From NCBI GenBank assembly GCA_000002435.2, contig CM018793.1: a DNA stretch of 64,000 nucleotides. One strand, 5' to 3'. The DNA comes from Giardia intestinalis (Eukaryota). Position 1 is the stretch's first letter, and each line of letters begins with the position of its first letter. Both the position numbers and the translations under genes were made by a program. Below the pieces are notes generated by a model. That model was given only the letters and a program-made list of their open reading frames with translations, was not told the origin of the DNA and searched no databases. Below, piece after piece: positions 32,601-40,800 of this stretch.

Positions 32601-33895
32601 ATCCGGTGTATCGTTATCATATCATCTAAATCAGTAACTTCTTGAAACAACTCTGCAGAGAAGAGCAGGGTTGTAAGATCCATGCACTGGATGTGCCCTC
32701 GCATAAAGTTGGTAAAGTCTGTAAGATGCTTCTTAAGGTTTCTTGCAACTTGCTTACCATATGCATTTTCTGCTAGTACATCAGAAATCATTACAGAGTA
32801 GTATGACAGATTATTGATCGAGCTAATGGCCGGGGTAGCATCTTCAACGATTCCGTAGCCAATATAGACAACTGATGTTGTTTTGTTCTTTATGTCTGTC
32901 CCCACAAAGTCAGTAATAAGTGTAATGAGAGAATGGAGGGATACATAGTATCCTAGGTGTGAGGTTATTGGGTCAAAGTCTTGGATCTTCTTTAGTAGAG
33001 AGTTTAGAGTGGTAACAAGAGGCTCGGAACCTCCATCATTGATGACTTGTATCTCATAAGCTACAAAGGCTATACGTAGATTGACATTTAAGCTTATGGA
33101 GCTGGCATAAATGGAGGCCAAAAGCTTAATTTCGTTAAGCATCTCCACAGAAAGAAGCTCGGACCCGTCTAAGATCATGAGTATAGTATCTGTTTCAAAG
33201 TGTTGCCGTACAGATGAGAGTTGAAGGACATGTTGCTGATAAAGATCTTTTCTATACTGATAATTATCCGAAACGAATGAATTATCAGGACATGGATAGA
33301 TGATAGACATGTCATCTACAAGAGAATGGAAAGCAACAAAATCAGCCGTATTGACCGATTGATAAAGCTCCCTCAATTCGGCATAAAGGTTGTAGTAAGC
33401 GCTGATGTGCTTAGACGTCTCCACATTGGTATTAGTATCAGAAGAGACCAGAGCCACGTTCTGACAAACATCGGTATACTTCTTTTGTAGCTCAGATGGA
33501 ACACTGGTGCTCTCCATATGACAGAGGTTCTTCGGAGTCATTTCAACAAAGTCTTCTGACCGTTGAAGATAGATTCTCTTTTGCCTAGCAGATATTTGTG
33601 CATAGTTGCAGCTCTCTATAAGGTGTGAAACTTTTAGTTGAGCTCTGAGAAGATTGGCTTCAGAGCAATTTAAATTTAGAATATATTGAGTTAGAACGTG
33701 CGCATGAGACGTCTCAACAAGCACAGGAAGAACATCCGAAAGGACCTTGGCTTGGGAGGTCCCAACAATACTCTCCACCAATGTCTTATTGAATATCTTA
33801 TCGCTCATATCTCTTAGAACTTGTGTTTGAAAAAAGACAGCATCTTGATTGGCTGTGGCGTGCATGAGAAGAAACACCGCTGTAAAGAAGAGCAT
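29693..33895 (-). CDS. Large type I membrane protein, hypothetical (signal peptide, ~1340-aa ectodomain, C-terminal TM, 4-residue tail)
   Basis: 1400-aa ORF, ATG at 33893-33895 preceded by an AT-rich initiator. The N-terminus MLFFTAVFLLMHATA is signal-peptide-like. The C-terminus VVIICTMAVVGACLLIYLISHIYLCILLTRY is a TM helix plus a very short tail. No CxxC periodicity and no recognised catalytic motif. Its stop is 1 nt from the carboxypeptidase stop. Confidence 0.6.
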   Translation of the reverse strand: MLFFTAVFLLMHATANQDAVFFQTQVLRDMSDKIFNKTLVESIVGTSQAKVLSDVLPVLVETSHAHVLTQYILNLNCSEANLLRAQLKVSHLIESCNYAQISARQKRIYLQRSEDFVEMTPKNLCHMESTSVPSELQKKYTDVCQNVALVSSDTNTNVETSKHISAYYNLYAELRELYQSVNTADFVAFHSLVDDMSIIYPCPDNSFVSDNYQYRKDLYQQHVLQLSSVRQHFETDTILMILDGSELLSVEMLNEIKLLASIYASSISLNVNLRIAFVAYEIQVINDGGSEPLVTTLNSLLKKIQDFDPITSHLGYYVSLHSLITLITDFVGTDIKNKTTSVVYIGYGIVEDATPAISSINNLSYYSVMISDVLAENAYGKQVARNLKKHLTDFTNFMRGHIQCMDLTTLLFSAELFQEVTDLDDMITIHRILSERCSSTFYQCIKESNYTLSWRADRDVSKRCRKIVENCKSQLPPEEKSKFINCVTPSLIAPDYDLPFGSNTQGNILLNRYRHKLLIGSEFLRPEHYSIKLALVKSGWMTNETVLAMSTPVYAEFPFYGKRLMGFLVIGLRSLETSSNTNMVTLLNIDNYKIVWPGFSIEHDDRLSYFSNMNQKISEYITEYGFYRSDMIRLKELIDLQTETYRFNYNGTFQLIKGLSTSSMKLPNIFSDSESSSMIVFENYDLKYVCLRGRLCAEPDTRVGLYDILIYNGKFRAEEYPRALFRVKVIILEEYAMSTHGLLAPFDSKTMKHPFYKDPDAYPLPLDGEPLFSWIGTLISGTPSSTPYIIDPCESFKSTLCPVLGLRAYVTNEYLDAITLPTITADKATSIRCACPLLDFYSYADKIYPAAVPDKVSRPEKIFMYAMIYPSTRHKQICKSWYMDITVQRYLIQFLEGNTESSSQGVPCCGSKITLDSLPLMQVCAMEFSMVYWEFARNSYRIMASILEKILATWTMDLPAIKDNKLEILLSNAYYLPPPQIIVLLNPSLGIYLSTHYVDLLYTDLMTSLQTKYGILTSKLCRNVSAIPLTSSYSTEQINKYFSYLARVSNIHIDVPFYRVRSIFKVVLLERVDMVEERVNGIITNAHNNIDGITADVEALVINHYGVSIASSSLGYPTLKRLDENTKLRIIGSLLYHNDVLSIYDNKNFEYLVLSLAELKYKRQLNRVQQCSIDTRWTDDISKVYSEIREKDLRNIATNSFFVESKGYNEEIFLYLSLPSIFIDDVQVKQLDMPGTLLGSCSMGKMESLFTLVCLDLKTTISTQLLWERIALNKEKYLDVEKMPTTDWYHISLETYRIKSYFDWFFKPRKSMWEEYNYFESPFWLPETGYNDPIKSYCIDLIYGLDVYGYSPQFLKTKLLFFSKKAAEDVVIICTMAVVGACLLIYLISHIYLCILLTRY

Positions 33896-34646
33896 GCTCC
33901 GAAAGCTATATGATAACTAATGTAAGAAGCAGAAATGCGTTGGGGCTTTTTGAAAATGGCCCTACCCCGTGCCGGCCACGCGGCCTCTAGACCAGCGAGG
34001 CGAGGAGCTTCTTGATTCCTGGGCGCGCGCGGTAGCCATCAGACAGCTCGCGCAGCGGCGGAAACTGGTCCACGAGCTCCGGACACTCTGCGTCCGCATA
34101 ATACAGGACCTCCAGGACCGCGTAGTTCGAGTCGAGCGGTTCGAACGCCAGGCTCCGAAGGCTCAACACGTCTAGTTAGAATCCTGGTTTGTCGGTAGGC
34201 TGCAATGCACTCCGAGCGCGTCATCTCCACCCCCGTAGCCTGACTGCCTTTGGCAATGCTGCTAAATAGCTGGAAGTTCCTTACTTGATGCAAACATGCA
34301 GAGCGAGCGGTTTACATATCGGGAACTCTAGCTACTGGTTGGCTTTACAATGTGAATCACCTGCCCTGTGCATTTACAACTTCGCTTCTAGATTTTATTG
34401 CCAGAGGTTCAACTCCACAGGGCCCTACCTCCGTGTAAACTAGTGCAATGCTTCGTCGGAGAAGGGTACTTCAAGATATGTGCAAATAGATCCAAAGTTG
34501 TGACGTATTGATGTGAATTTGCTGTACACAATCTTGGGAATAACCTAGGTACGCTCTACTTCCAGTTGTAACTGGTTAACTAGCAGAATTCTCTTTACAT
34601 TTATAACATACTGGTAGCACAATCAACCACTCTTTAAAATCACTGT

Positions 34647-37600
34647 ATGCTGATTCTCCTGTATGCTACTGTATTCTTCGCCAGTGCATGCGGGACAGGA
34701 CCTGCATGTGTTAACGGAGACTGCGCCTACGGGGACGGAGCATACTTCTGCCAGTGCAGGCGGGGCTGGGCGGGGGCTGCGTGCGATGCTCCCCGTGCAG
34801 GGTTCTGCAGGGTAACTACTAATACTGGCAAGGCATCCACAGACAGGGCCGTCAACTACGCCTGCCTCGTTAACGAAACCGAATGCACAGGGTCGAGCAA
34901 GTGCACCTACTACGCGGGGGCGTACTCGTGCGACCCCTGTCCCGATGGCTTCGTGTCCTACGAGGGCGAGTGCCTGCCGAGGGGCTGCTTCAACACCGAC
35001 GACTTCTCAAACCAGGAGGCAACGAAGGCCCCCTGCAACGGCCGCGGCCGCTGCCTCCTGAAGGACCCCGGGCTGGCAGGGATGGATGCTGACGACTACG
35101 CGTGCGACTGCTACCCGATCTACCGCGGGAGCCTCTGCCAGTCGTGCGACGACGCCAACGCGATCGCTGCGGGAAGCTCTTCGTCTGATGCCCTCCCTAC
35201 GTGCAATGCGCGGGCCTGCCAGGACTCGGATGGCATCGTGTGCTCAGGCCAGGGAACGTGCATCCTCGACGTGGGCCTCGACCGCGAATCATATCACTAC
35301 CGCTGCAAGTGCAATGCTGGCTACACACGCGTTGGGCACAAGTGCGTCAGGACAGAGTGCGTGGCCACAATCGACGGGTCCCCGGTCGTCTGCGGGGGCT
35401 TCGGGAACTGCACAGATGAGGGCAATACCGGTACCTTCAAGTGCGTTTGCGATTCTAATGCAGTCCCGGTCGGTCAGTTTTGCACATATCCCGCGTGCAC
35501 AGACAGCGCTGCTACTGAGATCTGTGGTGGAGTGGGCGCCTGTGTGCGCAACGGGGCTGGCTATAAGTGCGATTGCCGAGGGCTTGCCACGGGCGACCTC
35601 TGTGATACTTGCACTCCTGGGAAATCCGCTCAGGTAGGCGACAAGTGCGTTCCAGTGGGGTGCCTCACCTCAAACAACCAGGAATCATGCAAGAACGGAG
35701 GAACATGCGTCAAGTCCGATGGCGAGTACCACTGCCGCTGCCCGGACATGCTCATTGCCGTCAGCGGAGAGTGCACGTCCCCCGCATGCATGGACGAGGA
35801 GCTGGGGAAGGTCTGCTCGGGACACGGTACGTGCAAGACGGACGATCTACGAAATATACAATGCACTTGTGGTCAGGACTATACTTATATCGCCCCGGGG
35901 CGCTGCATCCTAACAGCCTTGATGGACGGCGACCGAATCTGCAGCGGCCACGGCCACGTTAGCATCGACACCTCGGATCCTCCCACGATGACCTGCAGGT
36001 GCTCGTCGATCTACGAGGGGTCCAAGTGCGAGACCTGCAAGGCCTCTGTCGCCCAGGAGATCGAGGGCGAGTGCGTCCCAACCAAGTGCATTGTGGCACC
36101 CCAGCCCGGATCGCGAGCCACCACTCCCAGGGTCTGCGACGACCACGGCCAATACACGAAGTTCGGCGACCCGAGCGACCCGTTTGCCACGTGCACCCCC
36201 AAGGACCCCGACTCCGGGACCGTCTCCGCCTACAATGGCACCTTCCTTGCGAGGCCCGGGTGCGTGCATGTCAGCAAGGTAGACAGGACCAGGAGGTTTT
36301 ACTGCGGATTCCTGCAGGGACTGACAGACAACTTGCAGGAAGGCGTGGTAACGTGCAATACACAGAACGAGGGATCTGTGTCTGTTGAGACGTGCAATGG
36401 TTGCCCAGAGGGCTTTAAGCTTGTCCACTTCGGGGCAGAAGAGGGCTATAGAAAGACATGTATGCACGACAACTGCTACCACGGAACTGGCGCCAGCAGG
36501 ATGTGGTACGACTACTGCGGCGGGACCGGCGACTGCATCAAAGAGGGTGACACGTACAGGTGCGACTGCGGCCCCAGTGCCACTTGGAACGAGGGCCTGA
36601 AGGCGTGCGTCACCGAGGCGTGCAAGCTTGATAAAAAGCTCGCCGGCCCAGGGGCGCCCGAGTACTGCGCAGCGCCATCTAGCCTTACGCTCCACTGCAC
36701 CGTCGGCCGGGACGCGGCCTGGCAGTGCGATTGCCCCCAGGGCGACTACCTCACGTACAACAGGACGTGCATCCTGAGGAGCAAGAGCGCCAGCCCCACG
36801 ACTCATCGAGCAAGGGGGCTTTGCGGCGGCCCCGGGGCGGGCTTCCTGAGCGGCAGCGGGTCCTGCGTCTGCAACCCGGGCTTCCTCAAGATCGACGACA
36901 TGTGCTACAGCTATAACTGCTTGCCAGTTGGCGTGACATCTTCGGCTAGTCTGAAAGTTGATTCTCATGTCTGCTCCGGGAAAGGAATCTGCACGTACAA
37001 CCAGCTGACTGGTCGGTACGGCTGCGAGTGCGAAAGTGGCCTGGAGGCCTTCGGGGGTTACTGCACGCGTCCTGAATGTGTTGGGATAGTGATACATAAT
37101 GGAGAAATCAGGCACGTCGAGTGCAAGGTCTACGACGGGTCCGTGGGCAGCTGTACGCTAGACGCAAATACGAACACATATGCCTGTAGGTGTGGCGTCG
37201 GATACAAGGTTGCGTATGGCATTTGTGTCCACAGAGGGTGCATGCCGGACACCGTCTATTGCGGAGGAGACGCATTGGCTTCGTGTGTGAGAGGAGATGA
37301 TAGTCGCTACAGCTGCATCTGCTCTGAAGGCTACGAGCTGAGCGAGGAGCGAAACGAGCACGGGAACAAGGCCAAGTGTGTCCCAAGCAAATGCATGTAT
37401 AAAGCGTCCACAAGCAGCGCCGCTACCGAATGCAATGGCTTAGGGGCATGTAGCGGTGACGAGGTGCCTTTGTTAAAAAATAAGGAGTGCAGATGCATCG
37501 ATGGTGCAACCGAATATATGCTTAGAGACGCAAGCGGCGAGATGAAGAAAACATGCATGCTAGAAAAGTGCATCTCTCGTATGGATGGAGAGGTGCCAGT

Positions 37601-38012
37601 GATCTGTGGAGGCTCGGGTAGATGTGGACCTGGGGGGTGTATATGCGATCTGGGAACTGAGTTGGTTGGAAATACCTGTGTTGGTCTCAATTGCTTCATT
37701 AATACTAAGGATGCTGATGGACGAGTGACCAAATCGATATGTGGCGGTGACACGATTGGTGTGTGCACAAAGATAGCGTCGCACGGCGATCGTCGAGACT
37801 ACGCTTGTAAGTGCAAGGACCCGAGGCCTGACGGGTATGAAGAACTTGATGGGTTCTGTCTGCCAAAAGCTTGCATATTTGAAATCACAACCTTGACTAA
37901 TCAGCAGGTGAGGACGATGTGCGGTGGAAAGCAGTTTGGAACATGCGTTCTTAATGCTACTCAATCATCCAAGTCATACTGTAAGTGCATAAATCGATAT
38001 GACATTATTTAA
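34647..38012 (+). CDS. High-cysteine protein (HCMP family), N-terminal segment with signal peptide; terminates at an in-frame TAA
   Basis: 1121 aa. Signal peptide MLILLYATVFFASA, then dense CxxC/CxC/EGF-like modules (GYKCDC, GEYHCRC, CGGxGxC). No TM segment before the stop at 38010-38012. Same reading frame as 38031..39701. Confidence 0.75.
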   Translation: MLILLYATVFFASACGTGPACVNGDCAYGDGAYFCQCRRGWAGAACDAPRAGFCRVTTNTGKASTDRAVNYACLVNETECTGSSKCTYYAGAYSCDPCPDGFVSYEGECLPRGCFNTDDFSNQEATKAPCNGRGRCLLKDPGLAGMDADDYACDCYPIYRGSLCQSCDDANAIAAGSSSSDALPTCNARACQDSDGIVCSGQGTCILDVGLDRESYHYRCKCNAGYTRVGHKCVRTECVATIDGSPVVCGGFGNCTDEGNTGTFKCVCDSNAVPVGQFCTYPACTDSAATEICGGVGACVRNGAGYKCDCRGLATGDLCDTCTPGKSAQVGDKCVPVGCLTSNNQESCKNGGTCVKSDGEYHCRCPDMLIAVSGECTSPACMDEELGKVCSGHGTCKTDDLRNIQCTCGQDYTYIAPGRCILTALMDGDRICSGHGHVSIDTSDPPTMTCRCSSIYEGSKCETCKASVAQEIEGECVPTKCIVAPQPGSRATTPRVCDDHGQYTKFGDPSDPFATCTPKDPDSGTVSAYNGTFLARPGCVHVSKVDRTRRFYCGFLQGLTDNLQEGVVTCNTQNEGSVSVETCNGCPEGFKLVHFGAEEGYRKTCMHDNCYHGTGASRMWYDYCGGTGDCIKEGDTYRCDCGPSATWNEGLKACVTEACKLDKKLAGPGAPEYCAAPSSLTLHCTVGRDAAWQCDCPQGDYLTYNRTCILRSKSASPTTHRARGLCGGPGAGFLSGSGSCVCNPGFLKIDDMCYSYNCLPVGVTSSASLKVDSHVCSGKGICTYNQLTGRYGCECESGLEAFGGYCTRPECVGIVIHNGEIRHVECKVYDGSVGSCTLDANTNTYACRCGVGYKVAYGICVHRGCMPDTVYCGGDALASCVRGDDSRYSCICSEGYELSEERNEHGNKAKCVPSKCMYKASTSSAATECNGLGACSGDEVPLLKNKECRCIDGATEYMLRDASGEMKKTCMLEKCISRMDGEVPVICGGSGRCGPGGCICDLGTELVGNTCVGLNCFINTKDADGRVTKSICGGDTIGVCTKIASHGDRRDYACKCKDPRPDGYEELDGFCLPKACIFEITTLTNQQVRTMCGGKQFGTCVLNATQSSKSYCKCINRYDII

Positions 38013-38030
38013 ATAACAAATGGAAAGTGT

Positions 38031-39701
38031 ATGAAGAAAACCTGTCTTAGCGACTCTCTTTCTGGAGGTCCGGAGGGATACGTTGAATGTTCTGGGCATG
38101 GGAAGTGTATAGGGGATCATATTGTGGGGTACTCGTGCAATTGTGACGAAAATTATCAAACGGTTGCAGACGATCGCCGTTATTTGTGCGTACCGGCTGT
38201 CTGTGTTGTATCAGAGACAAATTCCAGTACTATATGCAACGGAAGAGGGACCTGTCAGTTCAAGACAGACCCAGGAAAGTGCGAGTGTAGGCCTGGGTAT
38301 GATGGTACCAAATGTGAGACGTGTGCAAATGGCTACAAGGAACACACAAATGCGCAATGCTACCTCAATGGCTGTCCGGCAGACAATTGTGGCACGGAGG
38401 AAAATACTAGCGTAGGAGCTTGCCAACTTAGCGGAAACAGTTTTGCTTGCGTCTGCGTCAACTCGAGCTTCGTCGTTGACAGTGCTAGCAAGAAGTGCCG
38501 AAAATCCAGATGCGTTTGGACGGATCCATACGATCAGACAGAAAAAACGTGCTACGGCATGGGTACGTGCAATGATAACGGCGAGGACACTGGGGCGTGT
38601 GTTTGCAACCCCGGGACAACCCTAGTCGGGACAAACATCTGTGTTTATAGCCAGTGCATCTCGGATGAGAACGGCTCTAAAACAGTGTGTAAGGGGCGCG
38701 GAGTATGCATCGCGAGCCTTGTGGCTGGCCAGGGAATGTGCCAGTGCAGTGATCAGTATCGCACAGACAAGAAGACCGGCCAGTGCTTTGTCAAGGAGTG
38801 CTTCGGGGCGCATGCAAGCATCTCTGCAGAGGTATGCGACGGTGGTGGAACGTGTAATGAAAATACTAAGAAGTGCGATTGTAATTCTGGTTTCCAAAAT
38901 CTTCCTGGCCAGAATGGCTGCGTGCACAGCAATTGTATTTCGTCGGACCAGAAGCTCTGCAGCGGCTTCGGCGCCTGCGAGAATAACAATGGCAATTACA
39001 TGTGTCTGTGTGCTAACTATTACACCCTGGTTGGAAGGGACTGCATCCCCACAAGGTGTCTCAAGGACGGGAAAGTCTGCAACGGCGGCGGCACGTGCTC
39101 CGGCGAGGGATTCTCTGCTACCTGCAGCTGCAGCCAGGGCTGGACCCTCCACGGGACCCTCTGCTACCCATCGGCCTGCGTTTCCGGCGGGACACTCTGC
39201 GGGGGGAATGGCAACTGTCCACTTTCCACAGATAGTACATGCGAGTGCAAGTATGGGTATGAAAGTGTTCTTGACCAGCTCTGCATCAGCAGCCAGTGCG
39301 TCCAGCGCGGCACCGACGGCACCGTGACGATCTGCGGGGGCAACGGCAGGTGCGTGTCTGAGAACGGCGTAAAGCCCACTTGCATATGCGATGAAGGCTT
39401 CTCTCTCACAAGCGACTTCGTCTGCGGAGTCCCTGCTCCATCTAACAAATCCTCGGGTGGCACGACGGCTGCGATCGTGGTCGTCGTCCTCCTCGTCCTT
39501 GCTGCGGTGGCCGGCTTCCTTGTCTGGTGGTTCGTGATACGGCCCAGGAGAGGCGGCCCACTGAGGGAGCGCGCCCCGCAGAAAGGCTCCAAGTCTTCCA
39601 GGTCCAAGCTCAAGCGGCAAGCAACTTCTAACGCATCACTCCACGCTGACGTGCCCCTGCTGAGTCAGCTGTCTGGTGCCAACTCCAGCATCCAGCTCTA
39701 G
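38031..39701 (+). CDS. High-cysteine membrane protein (HCMP), C-terminal segment: Cys-rich ectodomain, TM helix, basic cytoplasmic tail
   Basis: 556 aa in the same frame as 34647..38012, 6 codons after its TAA. It starts MKKTCLSDS, with no signal peptide of its own, and has CxxC/CxC modules throughout. The C-terminus reads TAAIVVVVLLVLAAVAGFLVWWFVIRPRRGGPLRERAPQKGSKSSRSKLKRQ..., a TM helix plus charged tail as in HCMPs. It lacks CRGKA, so it is not a VSP. Confidence 0.75.
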   Translation: MKKTCLSDSLSGGPEGYVECSGHGKCIGDHIVGYSCNCDENYQTVADDRRYLCVPAVCVVSETNSSTICNGRGTCQFKTDPGKCECRPGYDGTKCETCANGYKEHTNAQCYLNGCPADNCGTEENTSVGACQLSGNSFACVCVNSSFVVDSASKKCRKSRCVWTDPYDQTEKTCYGMGTCNDNGEDTGACVCNPGTTLVGTNICVYSQCISDENGSKTVCKGRGVCIASLVAGQGMCQCSDQYRTDKKTGQCFVKECFGAHASISAEVCDGGGTCNENTKKCDCNSGFQNLPGQNGCVHSNCISSDQKLCSGFGACENNNGNYMCLCANYYTLVGRDCIPTRCLKDGKVCNGGGTCSGEGFSATCSCSQGWTLHGTLCYPSACVSGGTLCGGNGNCPLSTDSTCECKYGYESVLDQLCISSQCVQRGTDGTVTICGGNGRCVSENGVKPTCICDEGFSLTSDFVCGVPAPSNKSSGGTTAAIVVVVLLVLAAVAGFLVWWFVIRPRRGGPLRERAPQKGSKSSRSKLKRQATSNASLHADVPLLSQLSGANSSIQL

Positions 39702-40024
39702 CCCGCTGCCCGCAAGGTGTCGGTATTGGTAAGTCGACGGCGCGGATCTGCATACGAATGTAAATTGAAACGTAAGAGACGGGCCGGTTAGTGCTTAGAA
39801 CTGTCGGCGTGTTTTGCACGCTTGTCTGGGAACGGGATCGAGAGCGACTACTATAGTCCAGATGCAAGGTATAGGCGGAGGCCTTACTGCAGTACCTGCT
39901 CCCTGTCCTCAGGCAGAGGGACTCCTCGGACCAAGCCCTCCGCCACGTGGTCGTCGCATCCTATGTGTGCGCCTCTGTGCTCCTGTACGAGGGGCTCGTC
40001 CTGGGGAGGCTGCACTATATCGCA

Positions 40025-40773
40025 AACGAGTGTGCGGGCGGACGGGCGTTCCTGGTGCCTCAGACGACACCCTTCAGAGAGGTGGCCCTGGACCGACGCC
40101 TCGACAGACCGAAGCATCACCCCCAAGTGTGTTGTGCAGATGGACCAGCCCACACGTCACTGAGCCAGACACACTGCACAGAATGAGCGTCGACATGATC
40201 TCGTACTGGCTGACGGACCATCCACAAGAGCGCACTGCGATCATGAGCAGAGGGATGGGCCTCTCCCCTGATACCACCGCATGGGAGTACTCCATCGGCA
40301 TCCACGAACGCGTACTATGACTCCAGGATAGAGGCGCACGGGGAGCGCACCCCCGACAGCAGGGTCGATGGTCCACGTCATGGGGAGACGAAGAGGCACC
40401 CCGAGGAACGGGGTAGACACCCGGGGTCATAGCGTATCCCATCTTCGTCATGGAGCACCAGGGCCCGGGCCACGTGGAGACCAGATCGCCGCAACAGACG
40501 CAAGACCCTGAATAGCAGGTGCCCACCAGTGCCAGACGATAGTTGACTCCGATGGGCCAGAGGAAGGGAGGAACCCTAGAGGTAACGTGAGGAGCAGCGG
40601 CTTCCGGGGGAGCTGGGGCATAGGAGTTCTCCCGCCCGGATCGAGGGCGCCTGATCTTCGGACGCTGGGGCTGGACCCCGGACGGCGAGCGGGAGCCCTG
40701 CCCAGGGCGGTGGCGTTGCAGGGAGATTTACTCGGACAGCAGCTGCAAACTAACCTTGGTAAACAGAGTAAAT
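40025..40773 (-). repeat. Dispersed ~0.7 kb GC-rich repeat, copy C
   Basis: 40087-40773 is near-identical to 9238-9922. 40025-40086 additionally shows ~70% similarity to the reverse complement of 1690-1745, a region copy B lacks. It ends 28 bp upstream of the dynein ATG at 40801 and begins ~320 bp after the HCMP stop. Confidence 0.75.
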
Positions 40774-40800
40774 GAAGCAACTTTAAGAAAAACTCCATTC

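Noticed and set aside
39702-40024. Possible gene between the HCMP stop and repeat copy C
   Set aside because: Only GC-rich, non-ATG ORFs are present (39814..40320, 39822..40163, 39884..40153). They are largely the extension of repeat-associated sequence and no motifs were recognised.
40756-40800. ORF-track N-termini beginning at TTG/GTG (dynein 40756, TOR 16096, VSP 4917, NEK 4998, DWNN 13615, RING 63585, and the 63992 ORF)
   Set aside because: Checking the codons shows these starts are TTG or GTG. Giardia mRNAs initiate at ATG just downstream of an AT-rich initiator. The starts were moved to the first suitable in-frame ATG (40801, 16135, 5217, 4836, 13585, 63492).
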